Shown here: piece by piece, positions 11,092 through 22,646 of the stretch | Layout of the letters: each line of letters begins with the position of its first letter | How positions within the stretch are numbered: position 1 is the stretch's first letter | Origin: Octopus sinensis | Taxonomy: Eukaryota | Reading direction: 5' to 3' | Length of the DNA: 28,046 bases | NCBI RefSeq assembly: GCF_006345805.1 | Contig: NW_021836370.1 | Coordinates: 1-28,046, forward strand | Made by a program: the position numbers and the translations under genes | Notes under the pieces: model-generated | Told to the model about the DNA's origin: nothing | Seen by the model: only the letters and a program-made list of their open reading frames with translations | The model's database searches: none

Positions 11092-11433
11092 CACTGGTGC
11101 TGAACCGGCGTCCAGATGGCCCCTGACGATCCATATAAGATTTTTTGATGTCCACCCAACAAAATAGTAAATTGGGGATCTACAATAGTATTTCAAGGGC
11201 CTCTGGAAACAGTTTAGTTTAGGTGTATGCATTGGTATGTGTTGCAATATTCAGCTGGGTTTCTTTCTCTAACGTTTTACATGGTTCAACCTAGACGAGT
11301 TGATGAGTGAAAATTAAAATAGGAATTTCGAAAGAAGTATCTGTAAAATTAGTTTTAAAACACCGAATGACTATCGGGATCCACCACTAATCACAGGGGT
11401 CTATGGACAAAAAAAAAAGTTTGAGAGCCTCTG
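11092..11433. mobile_element. hAT-type MITE (about 340 bp)
   Basis: Degraded TIRs cactggtgctgaacc and reverse cagaggctctcaaac; matching subterminal tcca...cccctg; 8-bp TSD gtttaaaa (11084-11091) / ttttaaaa (11434-11441), 7 of 8 matching. Confidence 0.65.
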
Positions 11434-11605
11434 TTTTAAAATAAGAAATTTCCCATTTTCAACAATGGTAAATGAGAAAGTTAACTAAAAGTTTTTAACG
11501 ATTTCTTTCAGAACTCAAAAAAGTTCACTGTGAGAGAGAGAGGGAGAGAGAGACAGAAATAAAGAGACAGACTGGTGGGGGAGATATTGTTATTATATAT
11601 ATATA

Positions 11606-12021
11606 TATTTCTTTATTGCCCACAGAGGGCTAAACACAGAGGGAACAAACGAGGACAGACAAACGGATTAAGTCGATTACATCGACCCCAGTGCGTAACT
11701 GGTACTTAGTTAATCGACCCCCGAAAGGATGAAAGACAAAGTCAACCTCGGCGGAATGTGAACTCAGAAAGTAAAGACAGACGAAATACCTATTTCTTTA
11801 CTACCCACAAGGGGCTAAACACAGAGAAGACAAACAAGGACAGAAAAACGGATTAAGTCGATTACATCGACCCCAGTGCCTAACTGGTACTTAATTTATC
11901 GACCCCGAAAGGATGAAAGGCAAAGTCGACCTCGGCGGAATTTGAATTCAGAACGTAACGGCAGACGAAATACGGCTACGAATTTCGCCTAGCGTGCTAA
12001 CGATTCCGCCAGCTCGCCGCC
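11606..12021 (-). mobile_element. SINE A dimer (headed unit 11791-12021 plus headless unit 11606-11790)
   Basis: Two homologous units; only the 5' one has the A-box head; probable 17-bp TSD. Confidence 0.9.
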
Positions 12022-12144
12022 ATATACTGTTACTATATATATGTGCGAATATGACATTTGCGTGTGTCTGTGCTTGTGTGTACCTGCATTTATATATCTA
12101 AGTGTGAATAAAAATACACAGAAGGAGTAAGATAAGTAGAGAAA

Positions 12145-12224
12145 ACCGGAAGTTTGGAAGAGGACCGGAAGTCGCGTAACAAATCGACAGACTTCACAAT
12201 TAAGGCGTCGAGATGACAGTATGT
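12145..12224 (+). promoter_or_regulatory. Candidate promoter: tandem ETS sites, ATG and splice donor
   Basis: ACCGGAAGT at 12145-12153 and 12164-12172; locally CpG-rich; ATGACA|GTATGT at 12213-12224. Confidence 0.4.
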
Positions 12225-12519
12225 ATGGTTAGAGCGTTAAAAAATTGCCTTGCGGCATTACTTGTGCAATTTCAGGAATTTTGATCGTTACTTGTTGTAT
12301 TAACGATGGCGAAAAATAGATAAGCGTACGGTGTAATATATATGATTACGGATGGACGTGTGATCAGATTATGTTGTAGCCACTGCAGAATGGAATGAAA
12401 TGATGGAATGCACTTGTTTCAACGCTGATGATCTTACACTGCTGACTAGGCTTTAAGCATGTTTTGGCCACAGTAACTTTTGGAGCTGGAGGTAAACACA
12501 TACACTTCACGAAGGTACG

Positions 12520-12645
12520 CCACCTTGAAGACTGTAGTTGAGCAAATCAACCCTAGTACTTATTGTTAAGTTTGGTACTTATTCAAATGGTCTCTTAGGT
12601 CAATACACTAGCTTAAGGGAAGGTAAACAATCTAACACGGTTGTG
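12520..12645 (-). mobile_element. SINE B 3' fragment
   Basis: ccttgaagac...caaatcaaccctagtacttatt resembles 959-1100. Confidence 0.55.
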
Positions 12646-12650
12646 TGTGT

Positions 12651-12696
<46 letters not shown>

Positions 12697-12856
12697 TATT
12701 ATATATATATTATATATATATATATATTGGCCCACTCGCTTAGCCAGCGGAGTGGCGTCAGTTGAAGGCTAAAACAATGCAAAGCGCATTGTCACCAGCG
12801 ATGTGTAACATCTGATAGCCTGGTCGGTCATGGTGATATATATATATAATATATAT

Positions 12857-12887
<31 letters not shown>

Positions 12888-12896
12888 TATATATTA

Positions 12897-12931
<35 letters not shown>

Positions 12932-13430
12932 GGTTTCCATCTGGACGTGGAGGTTGTGTTAGAAGACAGATATTCGGATATTCCTTACGAGGATCCCTCA
13001 TAAGCACTTTTGGTGCATAACAGCGCTTGTAATTATATCGTTGACAGACGATAACCGTTTGTTACTAACGCTGGAACTGCCAGATCACGAGATTTCACCC
13101 TGCTATGAGGTCATCAGTGATAGATGTCCAGCAGCGGCATAAACAGCCTTGATATATATATATATTTTTTTGAAAATACATATCAGTATTAACGCATACG
13201 AGTGTATGTGACCGACGACAAATAGGTGATGTCGTTAGGGGTCTCCGGTAGAATTTTTTCAGTATTCTATCCGGGAGCTCTAATTTCAAACGTTGTCAAT
13301 GACCCAGGATCATTAACAGCATTTCAAGGTATACAAATTAATGGCCTGAATTGTAGCTCAAACAGTTGAATATGGACTTGAGACAAAACCATAAAGTACT
13401 CGGAGAGGGTTGTTCACTTAGATATGAATA

Positions 13431-13785
13431 CATGTCTGTGTGGTTAAGAAGCTCACGTTTCCACCATGTCGTTTCGAGGTCAATCCCACTTTGAACAAGC
13501 ATCTGCCATAGACCTGGTCCGAAGAGTTACTAGTGAGTGAACTCTATGAAAAACAGTCGTGTTTGTATATTCGTCTGTGTATCTGTACGCGTCTTATTCT
13601 GTGTCTCTGCCCCCACCCCACCCCACATACACACACTTGCCTCTGCTTGATATCCGGTGTTGGTCTGATTAGAAACTGTGACTTAGCAGTTAAGCCATAG
13701 AGAACGATAAAATAAAATTAACAAACCCATCAATGCGGTATCCTAATAGAGCCGCAATCCAATGACTGAAATAACATAAAAAATA
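13431..13785 (+). mobile_element. Highly degraded SINE B
   Basis: tctgtgtggttaagaagct head, gtcaatcccact B-box region, tail ccgcaatccaatgactgaaataa. Confidence 0.6.
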
Positions 13786-13994
13786 ACATAAACTAAATTA
13801 TATTAGGGGGCTCCCCAAAAGTTGCACTTTTGGTCCGAATTAATCATTATACTAATGATATTTTTTCTCTTCATTACGGATAGAAATTTTAATTAATTAA
13901 AAGTTCTTGAAGCGACACTTTATTAATAGTTGAATCGAGTTGTTTCTCCATGTGTTTTTGTTGGATTTATTGTATCACACACACACACAACACA

Positions 13995-14027
<33 letters not shown>

Positions 14028-14335
14028 ATATATATATATATATTCTGTATGTGTATGTGTGAAGATGTATATATATGCGTGCATGTATATATGTGGAAAG
14101 GCAAGGGGATATGCGTTGTTGTATGCATGGTTGTATAAATGTATATATGTTCGTATGTACATAGAAAATGTGTGTGTGTGTACATACGTTGACGTAGATA
14201 TGTATGTGTCTGCATCTCTTGCCCTCTATCCCACTGTCCCTATCTATTCTATCTATCAATATTCACATATAAGAGCTGGTTTTTACACAGCATACATACA
14301 TACATACATACATAAATACATACATACATACATAT

Positions 14336-14580
14336 AACCACACGTGGACGGTCGGCGATTTTCCCTTTTCCTTCTCCTCTATACTTTTCCTTTCACCCTT
14401 TCCGACGAAGAGCCATGCTCGAAACGTTAGGCACTCTCTCCTTTCACCAAGCGTCAAAGCTAATATAATTCTTGTGCACTCCCACAACATTCGTTCCTTT
14501 TCTCTCTGTTTTTCCTTTTTGTTTTTTTTTTCATCGTGCTTTATAAAATTTTTGAATTGGTTTGTTCGTTGAATTACCAT
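14336..14580 (+). mobile_element. Short repeat C2 in a (TA)n context
   Basis: Homologous to the reverse complement of 24012-24216 (ggcgattt...ccgacgaagagc...gctcgaaac...gagcgt). Confidence 0.65.
14399..14431 (+). ncRNA. Minimal hammerhead-like motif, core CCGACGA (U4C)
   Basis: ttt-CCGACGA-a-GAGC-cat-GCTC-GAAAC-GTT-agg; helix I is weak (G-U pairs). Confidence 0.3.
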
Positions 14581-14582
14581 AC

Positions 14583-14651
<69 letters not shown>

Positions 14652-14879
14652 ATGGTTTTTAATTGAACGCCACGCATCCATTTCTCGTAACCTTTTTGAT
14701 GCAAAATCTAACTTCTATACGGTTTTCTTCCTCTCATTACGTTTTTCTCCTCTCACCGTTTCCTATCAAGTCTCTCCCTACCCTCTTTCTCTTCTCTCCC
14801 CCCCTCTCTCTCTCTCTCTCTAATATATATCTATATATATATATATATATAATAATATATAGGTAAAAGAAAAAAAAAT

Positions 14880-14995
14880 AACACTGGGACAAGAACGTGA
14901 AAACATTTAGAAGACGACACAAAAAAACACGGACGGGACTTTCGAAGCCCTCAGTCATCAGTCAAAAACCGGATCATCTTCGCAATTTCGGCTGA
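14880..14995 (-). mobile_element. Short repeat D
   Basis: ggacgggactttcgaagcc...cagtca...gatcatcttcgcaatttcggctg is homologous to 26826-26932. Strand arbitrary. Confidence 0.6.
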
Positions 14996-15011
14996 ATATA
15001 TATACAGGGAT

Positions 15012-15092
15012 CGATAGATAGATAGATAGATAGATTAGATAGAGATAGATGATAGATAGATAGATAGATGGATAGATAGATAGAAAGGTAGG

Positions 15093-15147
<55 letters not shown>

Positions 15148-15148
15148 C
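15012..15148. repeat. (GATA)n tetranucleotide repeat
   Basis: Directly visible. Confidence 0.97.
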
Positions 15149-15814
15149 AAGAGGGAGAAGTGGAGAGAGCGTGAAAAGAACGAGGGAGAGGAAGAGAGAG
15201 AAAAAAGCGTTACACTTCGATAGTTTTGCTAAATAAGGACATGTGTTAAACGTTAACATGACGCTGTGGTGGTGGTGGTGGTGGTGGTGGTGGTTGTAGT
15301 GGTGGTGGTGGCGGCGGCAGCGGTGGTGACCATGGATACCGTCGTAATTATTGTTGTTGCTGTTATATAAGCCGAGGCGAACTACGATACAGCCAACATA
15401 AGGCGAAATGCGTTCCAGCCGTGACGATTCCGTGTTTTAGTCAGCATTTCCCAGCCTACAGTCACACCAGATACGAAGCATGCATGGATAGAATAAGATT
15501 TGGCTGATATTCCAACTGGATCGAGCGATCAGATAAGTCCATGGGGGTGGTGGTGGTAGCGGTGCTCGTCGTATTCGGAGGGGATGGTCATGTTTGTAGT
15601 ATCTAATATTCGCAGTGGTTGTTGTCACTCTCGTTTTTAAACCTAAGCCACCATTGATCAGATATTTCCATGATCAAATTTGCTCCAGCCGTAACTTGTC
15701 CGTCTTTCTCCTGTCTCCAGAAATGCCCCAGAGACGACCACAAAAACCTAACTCTTTCTAGGACCGTTACAACTATTCCAACTGTAATTATTACGTTTAT
15801 TTTTTTTTCTTTAT

Positions 15815-15925
15815 AATTCTTCTTGTTTCAGTCATTAGACTGCCGCCACGCTGGTGCACGACCTTGAAGAATCTTTAGTCGAACGATTCGACCAAGTAGT
15901 TTTTAAAAGCTTGGTACTTTTAAGT
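15815..15925 (-). mobile_element. SINE B 3' tail fragment
   Basis: cttgtttcagtcattagactgccgccacgctggtgcacgaccttgaagaat matches the SINE B tail. Confidence 0.65.
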
Positions 15926-16267
15926 ACCAAAGTCTAAATCTATAGCATATTAAACAGTAATTCTTCAAGCAGCTGCAGCCGAAATGGCTTTTGTTATGCC
16001 ACACCAGAGATTTCTACCCGTTCACTGCTATTTGGCTTTAGTAGGGCCTCAATTTCTCTCTGTTAATAACAACCATGTATTTAATAATAGTATTAAATTT
16101 TCAAAGTTCATATGAAAAATAATAACAAAAACAAGTAGAGATTGCGACCTCGATGCTGGACTAAAAATAACCTAATGATGTCCAAGCTTTATACGCTAAA
16201 CCTATTCGATTTTTAAAATTTTGTTTGATCCGAGTTGAAACCGGTTAGCCAGATGGATTATTTTTTA

Positions 16268-16318
16268 TGTGGTTGGATAGCGCAAGCTCTTTACCACACA
16301 GCTACACATGTGCGTCTT
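16268..16318 (-). mobile_element. SINE B head fragment
   Basis: atgtggttggatagcgcaagctctttaccacacagctac resembles 1275-1312. Confidence 0.55.
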
Positions 16319-16509
16319 CGTGTGTATTGTTTAGGCTTCAATGGTATGATCTCTTTTGGCCCTCAAATAAGGTGCAAACTGGTTCAATATACCAGCAGGT
16401 AAAGTTCCTTTCACTTACATGTTCCCGTCTGCAGATTTCCCAGCTGGGGTTGATACCAGTGTATTTGTAATAGAATACCTGTTGGCAGCACATTGCAGTC
16501 TGGTATTGA

Positions 16510-16810
16510 ATGATGATGGTGGTGGTGGTGGTGGTGATGACTGCGGTGGCGATAATGATGATGGTGATATTCATCACCACTCCTATCACACCTTATCATC
16601 ATCATCATCATCATCGTCATCATCATCATCATCATCATCACCAACATTGTCATCATCATCGTCATTATCATCGTCATCATCATCGTTATCATCGTCATTA
16701 TCATCGTTAGCATTATCATCAACGTCGTCATCATCATCATCATCACCACTACTAACGTCATCATCATCATCATCAACAGCAACACTATCATCATCATCAC
16801 CATCACCATT
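16510..16810. repeat. (TCA)n/(GAT)n degenerate trinucleotide tract
   Basis: Directly visible; source of the poly-Ser/His/Asp/Met ORFs. Confidence 0.97.
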
Positions 16811-17367
16811 CATTCTTCACCCCCACCCCGCCACCATCCATTCCTTCATCAGTGTCTATGAGACACTGATGAGACAAGGCATTTGTTGCGTGCAACCTAT
16901 ATAGATATCACCATGGCATATTAACCATGTAATGAATTAATCATCTCACCAGGGTACGGTATGGCGTATCGGAAATATAATACATTGGATATCAGTATGC
17001 TTTGAGAGAAAAATAAATAAAAATCAAGAGGTATTGGATGTATAAATGTGCAATAATCGCAACGTAGCATATCTGACAAGAGACAAGATTTATGGGAATG
17101 GAGGGAGCAAGGTGAGATACTGAAGCATCATGGGTATACTTCATTCTTTTCCTCCATGGTATGTGTGTGAGCGTTTGTGTTGATTAACCGTCGTCGTGAT
17201 CATCATCATTTCAGGAAACAGTTTGGTATTCAAAAGGTTTACAGGACATATACGTGTTTCATAAAATGCCAAAATGATTGCATAACAATGGTGGTAACAT
17301 TGTGCAATCATGCAACACAACTGATCGGTGTTCCGCCATAAATACAACTATCTGTATTTGAAACTCC

Positions 17368-17405
<38 letters not shown>

Positions 17406-18354
17406 TTTTCTTCAATAGACAACTGATCAAACCTCGCAAACCATATGTGCTTGACCTTGTTTAGATTATTGGGTATTTTGATTCACTTGTATATACCAAA
17501 GGCCGATGTTTGACTGTTCACTAAAAGGAACGAGTAGGCAAAATGTGTGTGTGCATGTATATATGTCCATATGTATGTATGTATGTGTGTTTGTTTGTAA
17601 ATATGGTTTTGAGCGGGTATTTATGTATAATATATAACAACATAATATATATGTTAATATCAGCATATCAGCCTCTTGCTTTCTGTACATAATATAAACA
17701 TACATACATGCATACTCACACACACACACACACACACATATATATAAATAAGCATTCTCTATCTCCAACTGAACATGGATGTTGCATCAGAGCAGAGAAT
17801 ATTACGTTCTTTACTATGAAAGGACTTCTCATGTGGATTCGTGGTGTAAAAAAAAAAAAAAAAAAGCACTCGTATTTATAATGTTGACAGAGAAGAACCG
17901 CCTGCTACGGTCACCGGAACTGCCGATTCATGTGATTTCACTATGTCACGACTCTTCAGTGGCAGACGTCCGGTAGGGACATAACAGCCGAATTCCCTTG
18001 TTAATGATGCATAGTATTTCTGTGTCTATTCAGGCATAAATATTGCAAATAGCCAGCGGGCTTGTTAAAGACAAATTTATAGCTGCAGAAGTAGTTTTAA
18101 CACCAAAGGGCACCACGAATCCCTATGCGATGTCCTCTCAAGCTAAATGACGCAATATCCTGCGTTCTAACACAGCATCCGCGTTATGTTGGATTTACAG
18201 ATTGCCATTTAGTAATAATACTGCTCCTCTATGTGTGTTTGTGTACATTTATGTTTTCATATATACATATAGACAGATACGAAGAACGAGAGATACATAC
18301 ATATATAGATATTACATATTTCACACACTCTGTTTTTGTTTCCCCCCCTGTCTC

Positions 18355-18460
<106 letters not shown>

Positions 18461-18464
18461 GAAT

Positions 18465-18581
18465 GGCGGTGTCCCAGCATGGCCACAGCTCGTGAGCTGA
18501 AACTAGATAAACTATATATATATATATAAAGGCAGTGCACCAGCATGGCACAGCTCGTGAGGTGGCTGAAACTAGATAAAA
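18465..18581 (+). mobile_element. Two tandem SINE-B-like 3' tail fragments of about 50 bp
   Basis: ggcggtgtcccagcatggccacagctcgtgagctgaaactaga and a diverged second copy, separated by (TA)n. Confidence 0.55.
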
Positions 18582-18879
18582 TGATAATATATATATTATA
18601 TATATAGGTATATATATATATATACTATTATTATATATGATATAATTAATTAATAAGGTGAGAGAATAGATACTAATTTAATAGTATATTTATTCAACAC
18701 CAAGTGGCCTAGTGCTACGAGAGAAACCTGGGATTATTATAATATTTATAAACATATTATAATATTTTACAAATAAATAAAGAGAGTGGTCAATATATTG
18801 CTCTTATATATATATATATGTGGGAAAGTTATTCCAAACTTTCAGGGAAATTAATTTAGAAATACTAAATCAAATTTCA

Positions 18880-18931
18880 CAGATTATACACACACACACA
18901 CACACACACATATTATATATATAGTTATATA

Positions 18932-18971
<40 letters not shown>

Positions 18972-20100
18972 GAGAGAGAGATGACGAGATGAGAGAGAGA
19001 GAGAGATTAGAAAAAAAAAACAACCTTTTATTCAATTCAACAATGAAAAAATTAAATATAGGATAAAAACATATACCAATGATTAAGTAATGTGCAAAAA
19101 ATATAAATAAAATGTCATAGTTGGCAGGCAGAATGAATGACTACACTATATAGATATATAGATATATAATATATATATATATAATATATATATATATAAT
19201 ATATAATTACGTATACGTATATGTGTGTGTATCTATTATATATAACACACGTGTATACATTTTGTGTTTGTATGGACGTATGTGTGCGTTTACGCAGTTA
19301 GAATATCTATTAAAGAGATGTCACCAAAGAAAAACTATAAACTCCGACCTCACCCCCACACGCACACGCACACGCACACACACACACCACACACCACACC
19401 ACACACACCACACACACACAAACAAGCAAACAATCAAACGAACTGTATTAGAAAAATGATTTACAGAGGCTATTAACAGAATAGTAAATGATTAGCGACA
19501 GAGGAAGTAGAAAGGCGTGTATTACGTGGATAGATCATAAACAAGAACTGAATAACTTTGAAATACAATGAACATTATAGGAAGGCTAATAGCGATTTAT
19601 AGTGTAGAACAGGCTGTGTATATTCATACATTTATGTATGGATGATACATGCTTTATGTATGCATGTATGGATTCGTGCGTGTGTAATGAATGTATGTAT
19701 GTGTGTATGGTTGAACGCATTAATTAAAGTAAATAAACATAAATTTAATATGTCATATGTGAGTGTGTGTTTCTATATGTTTGTAATGTTTACATGTAGT
19801 GACTGTATTATGTATAAATATATACATACGCATACACACATATATGTTTGCAGGTTTGTAATGGGGGTGGTGTTTTATATATGTATATATATATATATAT
19901 ATATATCTACATATACATATATTTATTACTATATAATATATATATACTATATATTTATATATATATATATACTCTATGTATAATATAATATACTCTCTCC
20001 TCTATATATATATATATGCATTATATAATAAAACATACACATATATTACATATATGAATATATATGTATGTATGCTTATGTATAGATATACTTTTATACA

Positions 20101-20140
<40 letters not shown>

Positions 20141-20437
20141 GATATATTTCTATATTATATATATATATATATATATGGACAGTATGTAACTAGATAGACA
20201 AGTACACATACACCACGCTCAACATAAACACATACACACAAACACACACACACAAACATACACACACACACATATATATATATATACCTCCATTCAAATG
20301 TCCTAATTTCCCTCTCCCTCTCAGTTACCACACTTCCATTTTCTTTCTTCCCACATATGCGCCCAACGTGTAAATTCCAACTTGTGTACCTATATTAATT
20401 ACTTGTAAATAACAACAACAACAACAACAACAACAAC

Positions 20438-20495
<58 letters not shown>

Positions 20496-20758
20496 GTGTG
20501 CTGCCTTGACAAAAATCAGAATTTCCCAATTAACCTTATAACAAAAACGCACGTGATATATCGAATGTCAAGTATTGCCCTCATTGCCTCATACACACAT
20601 GCTGACATATATACCTACATATATACATATAGAGACACATATTCTATACAGTCATACGTTCATATACATATATGCGCACCCACGCATGAATATACACTTG
20701 TACGTATGTATATGTGTTTCTGGTGCACACACAAACACACACACAACACACACACATC

Positions 20759-20795
<37 letters not shown>

Positions 20796-21295
20796 TATAT
20801 ATATATATATATATTATATATATATATATATATAATAGCGTGTACGTGTGCTGTCGTCGCGAGAAAAAGTGGCAGACAGACAGGCTACCTATCCGTATAG
20901 GTAGATCTATATATGCAATTATGTATGCATGTTTGTATATTATATATATATATAAGTATATATATTATATTATATATACATGCATGGATATACATAAGTA
21001 TATATAAGCATAAATAATCCTATTGACATGTGTGAGTGTGTGTATATATGTACGTGCTGTATATGTGTATATATATACTATATATATATTATATATATAT
21101 ATATGTTGATGGTGTTCTCTCTCTTGGTGCTGATAATGCATGGGGATGGTGTGTGTGGTGCTTGTATGTACGTATGTATATGTATGTGCGTACTTATATG
21201 TATATATATAATGTATTATATATATGTATTATATAATATATAATATAGTGATATATATATATATGTATATACTATATATATATATATATATTTAG
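18880..21295. repeat. Extended low-complexity region (TA, CA, GA, TG; (AAC)n(AAT)n at about 20410-20492)
   Basis: Directly visible, with short unique gaps. Confidence 0.9.
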
Positions 21296-21824
21296 GCATA
21301 TGCATGGGCTTGTCAAATACAAATTTGGTGACGTCATGTGTACGAAAACAACGTTATTTTTTTTAAATATAAAATAAAAACGGAAACGGAATATCATAAA
21401 AGCTACCTATAAAAACAAAATGGCCTCGTGTTGTGTATGTATGTGTACGTAGTTTTTTTTTTGTTTAGGTCTACTGGCCTACTTTGAAAGGGGCGAGAAA
21501 TTTAGTCCCTATCTGAAATAATTTTTACCATCATTTCTTTGTGATTTTGTTGTATTATTTTTTTTTTATTTCAATGCTATTTATTTGATTATTTATTGTT
21601 GTTGTTTTTATAGTCTGTTTTGTTATTGATTTCGCCCTATTTCGTTTATACAATACGACGAATATTAATTCGTTCATTCGTTCGTTTGGTACATTGGCGG
21701 TTTAACGAGATTAATATGAACACAACGTTAAAGAAAATAATGACAATTATATTGTAGTTTTGTTGTTGTTTTTTTTTGTGTGTGTGTTTTTACTATTAGC
21801 AAGTAGCCTGAAATTAGGGGAATA

Positions 21825-21913
21825 GGGGCTAGTCGAAAATACATCGATCCCAAGGCGCTCACTTGATATTTATTTCATCGTTATCGAAAGGATAAAAGGC
21901 AGTGTCGACCTTG
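21825..21913 (-). mobile_element. Degraded SINE A body fragment
   Basis: gtcgaaaatacatcgatccc...cgaaaggataaaaggcagtgtcgacctt resembles the SINE A body. Confidence 0.6.
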
Positions 21914-21993
21914 GTTGCCGGTTCTATAACTACTGTCAGTCTATCGCACGTCTCTTAAACCAATCCAAAATCTGTGAATATGTGTTTGTAGAA

Positions 21994-22492
21994 GGCGGAG
22001 AGCTGACAGAAAAACGTTAGCACGCCGGGCGAAATGCTTAGCCGTTATTTCGTCTTGCCGTACGTTCTGCGTTCAAATTCCGCCGAAGGTCGACTTTGCC
22101 TTTCATCTTTTTCGGGGTCGATTAAATAAGTACCAGTTACGCACTGGGGTCGATATAATCGACTTAATCCGTTTGTCTGTCCTTGTTTGCCTCCTGTGTT
22201 TAGCCCCTTGTGGGCAGTAAAGAAATAGGCATTTCGTCCGCCGCTACGTTCTGAGTTCAAATTCCGCTGTGGTCAACTTTGCCTTTCATCCTTTTGGGGT
22301 CGATAAATTAAGTACCAGTTACACACTGGGGTCGATGTAATCAACTTAATCCCTTCGTCTGTCCTTGTTTGTTCACTCTATGTTTAGGTCCTTGTGGGTA
22401 GTAAAGAAATAAGTATTTCATCAGCCGTTACGTTCTGAGTTCACATTCCGCCGAGGTCGACTTTGCCTTTCATCCTTTCGGGGGTCAATTGA
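21994..22492 (+). mobile_element. SINE A trimer (headed 21994-22227, headless 22228-22411, truncated headless 22412-22492)
   Basis: Three homologous units with junctions aaagaaata|ggcatttcg and aaagaaata|agtatttca. Confidence 0.9.
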
Positions 22493-22512
22493 TGTGTGTG
22501 GGTGCGGGTTTG

Positions 22513-22546
<34 letters not shown>

Positions 22547-22646
22547 ATATATAAATATATATGTGTGTGTGTGTGTGTATAGATATATGTATGTAACGCA
22601 TATGTGTATATACACACATATGCACACACACATCTATGTGTGTGAA

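Noticed and set aside
4951-11433. A 6.5-kb hAT transposon defined by matching TIRs at 4951 and 11433
   Set aside because: The 11433 end pairs better with 11092 (subterminal match and TSD); there is no transposase ORF or shared TSD.
14937-14961. Canonical CTGATGA...GAAA-GTC on the minus strand of repeat D (CTGAAGA...GAATGAC near 26873-26897)
   Set aside because: The intervening ctgagggcttc cannot form helix II and no helix I partner is visible, so it does not fold as a hammerhead in either copy.
16170-16255. ctaatga...gaaaccggtt as another hammerhead
   Set aside because: The core has a G5 mismatch, the spacer is long and unstructured, and no helix I is visible.
21329-21430. CRE palindrome TGACGTCA plus a YY1-like aaaatggc
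   Set aside because: A single 8-mer is plausible by chance in 28 kb, and there is no adjacent exon or CpG patch.
21994-22492. Regular repeats resembling a CRISPR array (also 8290-8730)
   Set aside because: Units are 145-230 bp, contiguous, with no unique spacers and no cas genes; the sequence is eukaryotic.
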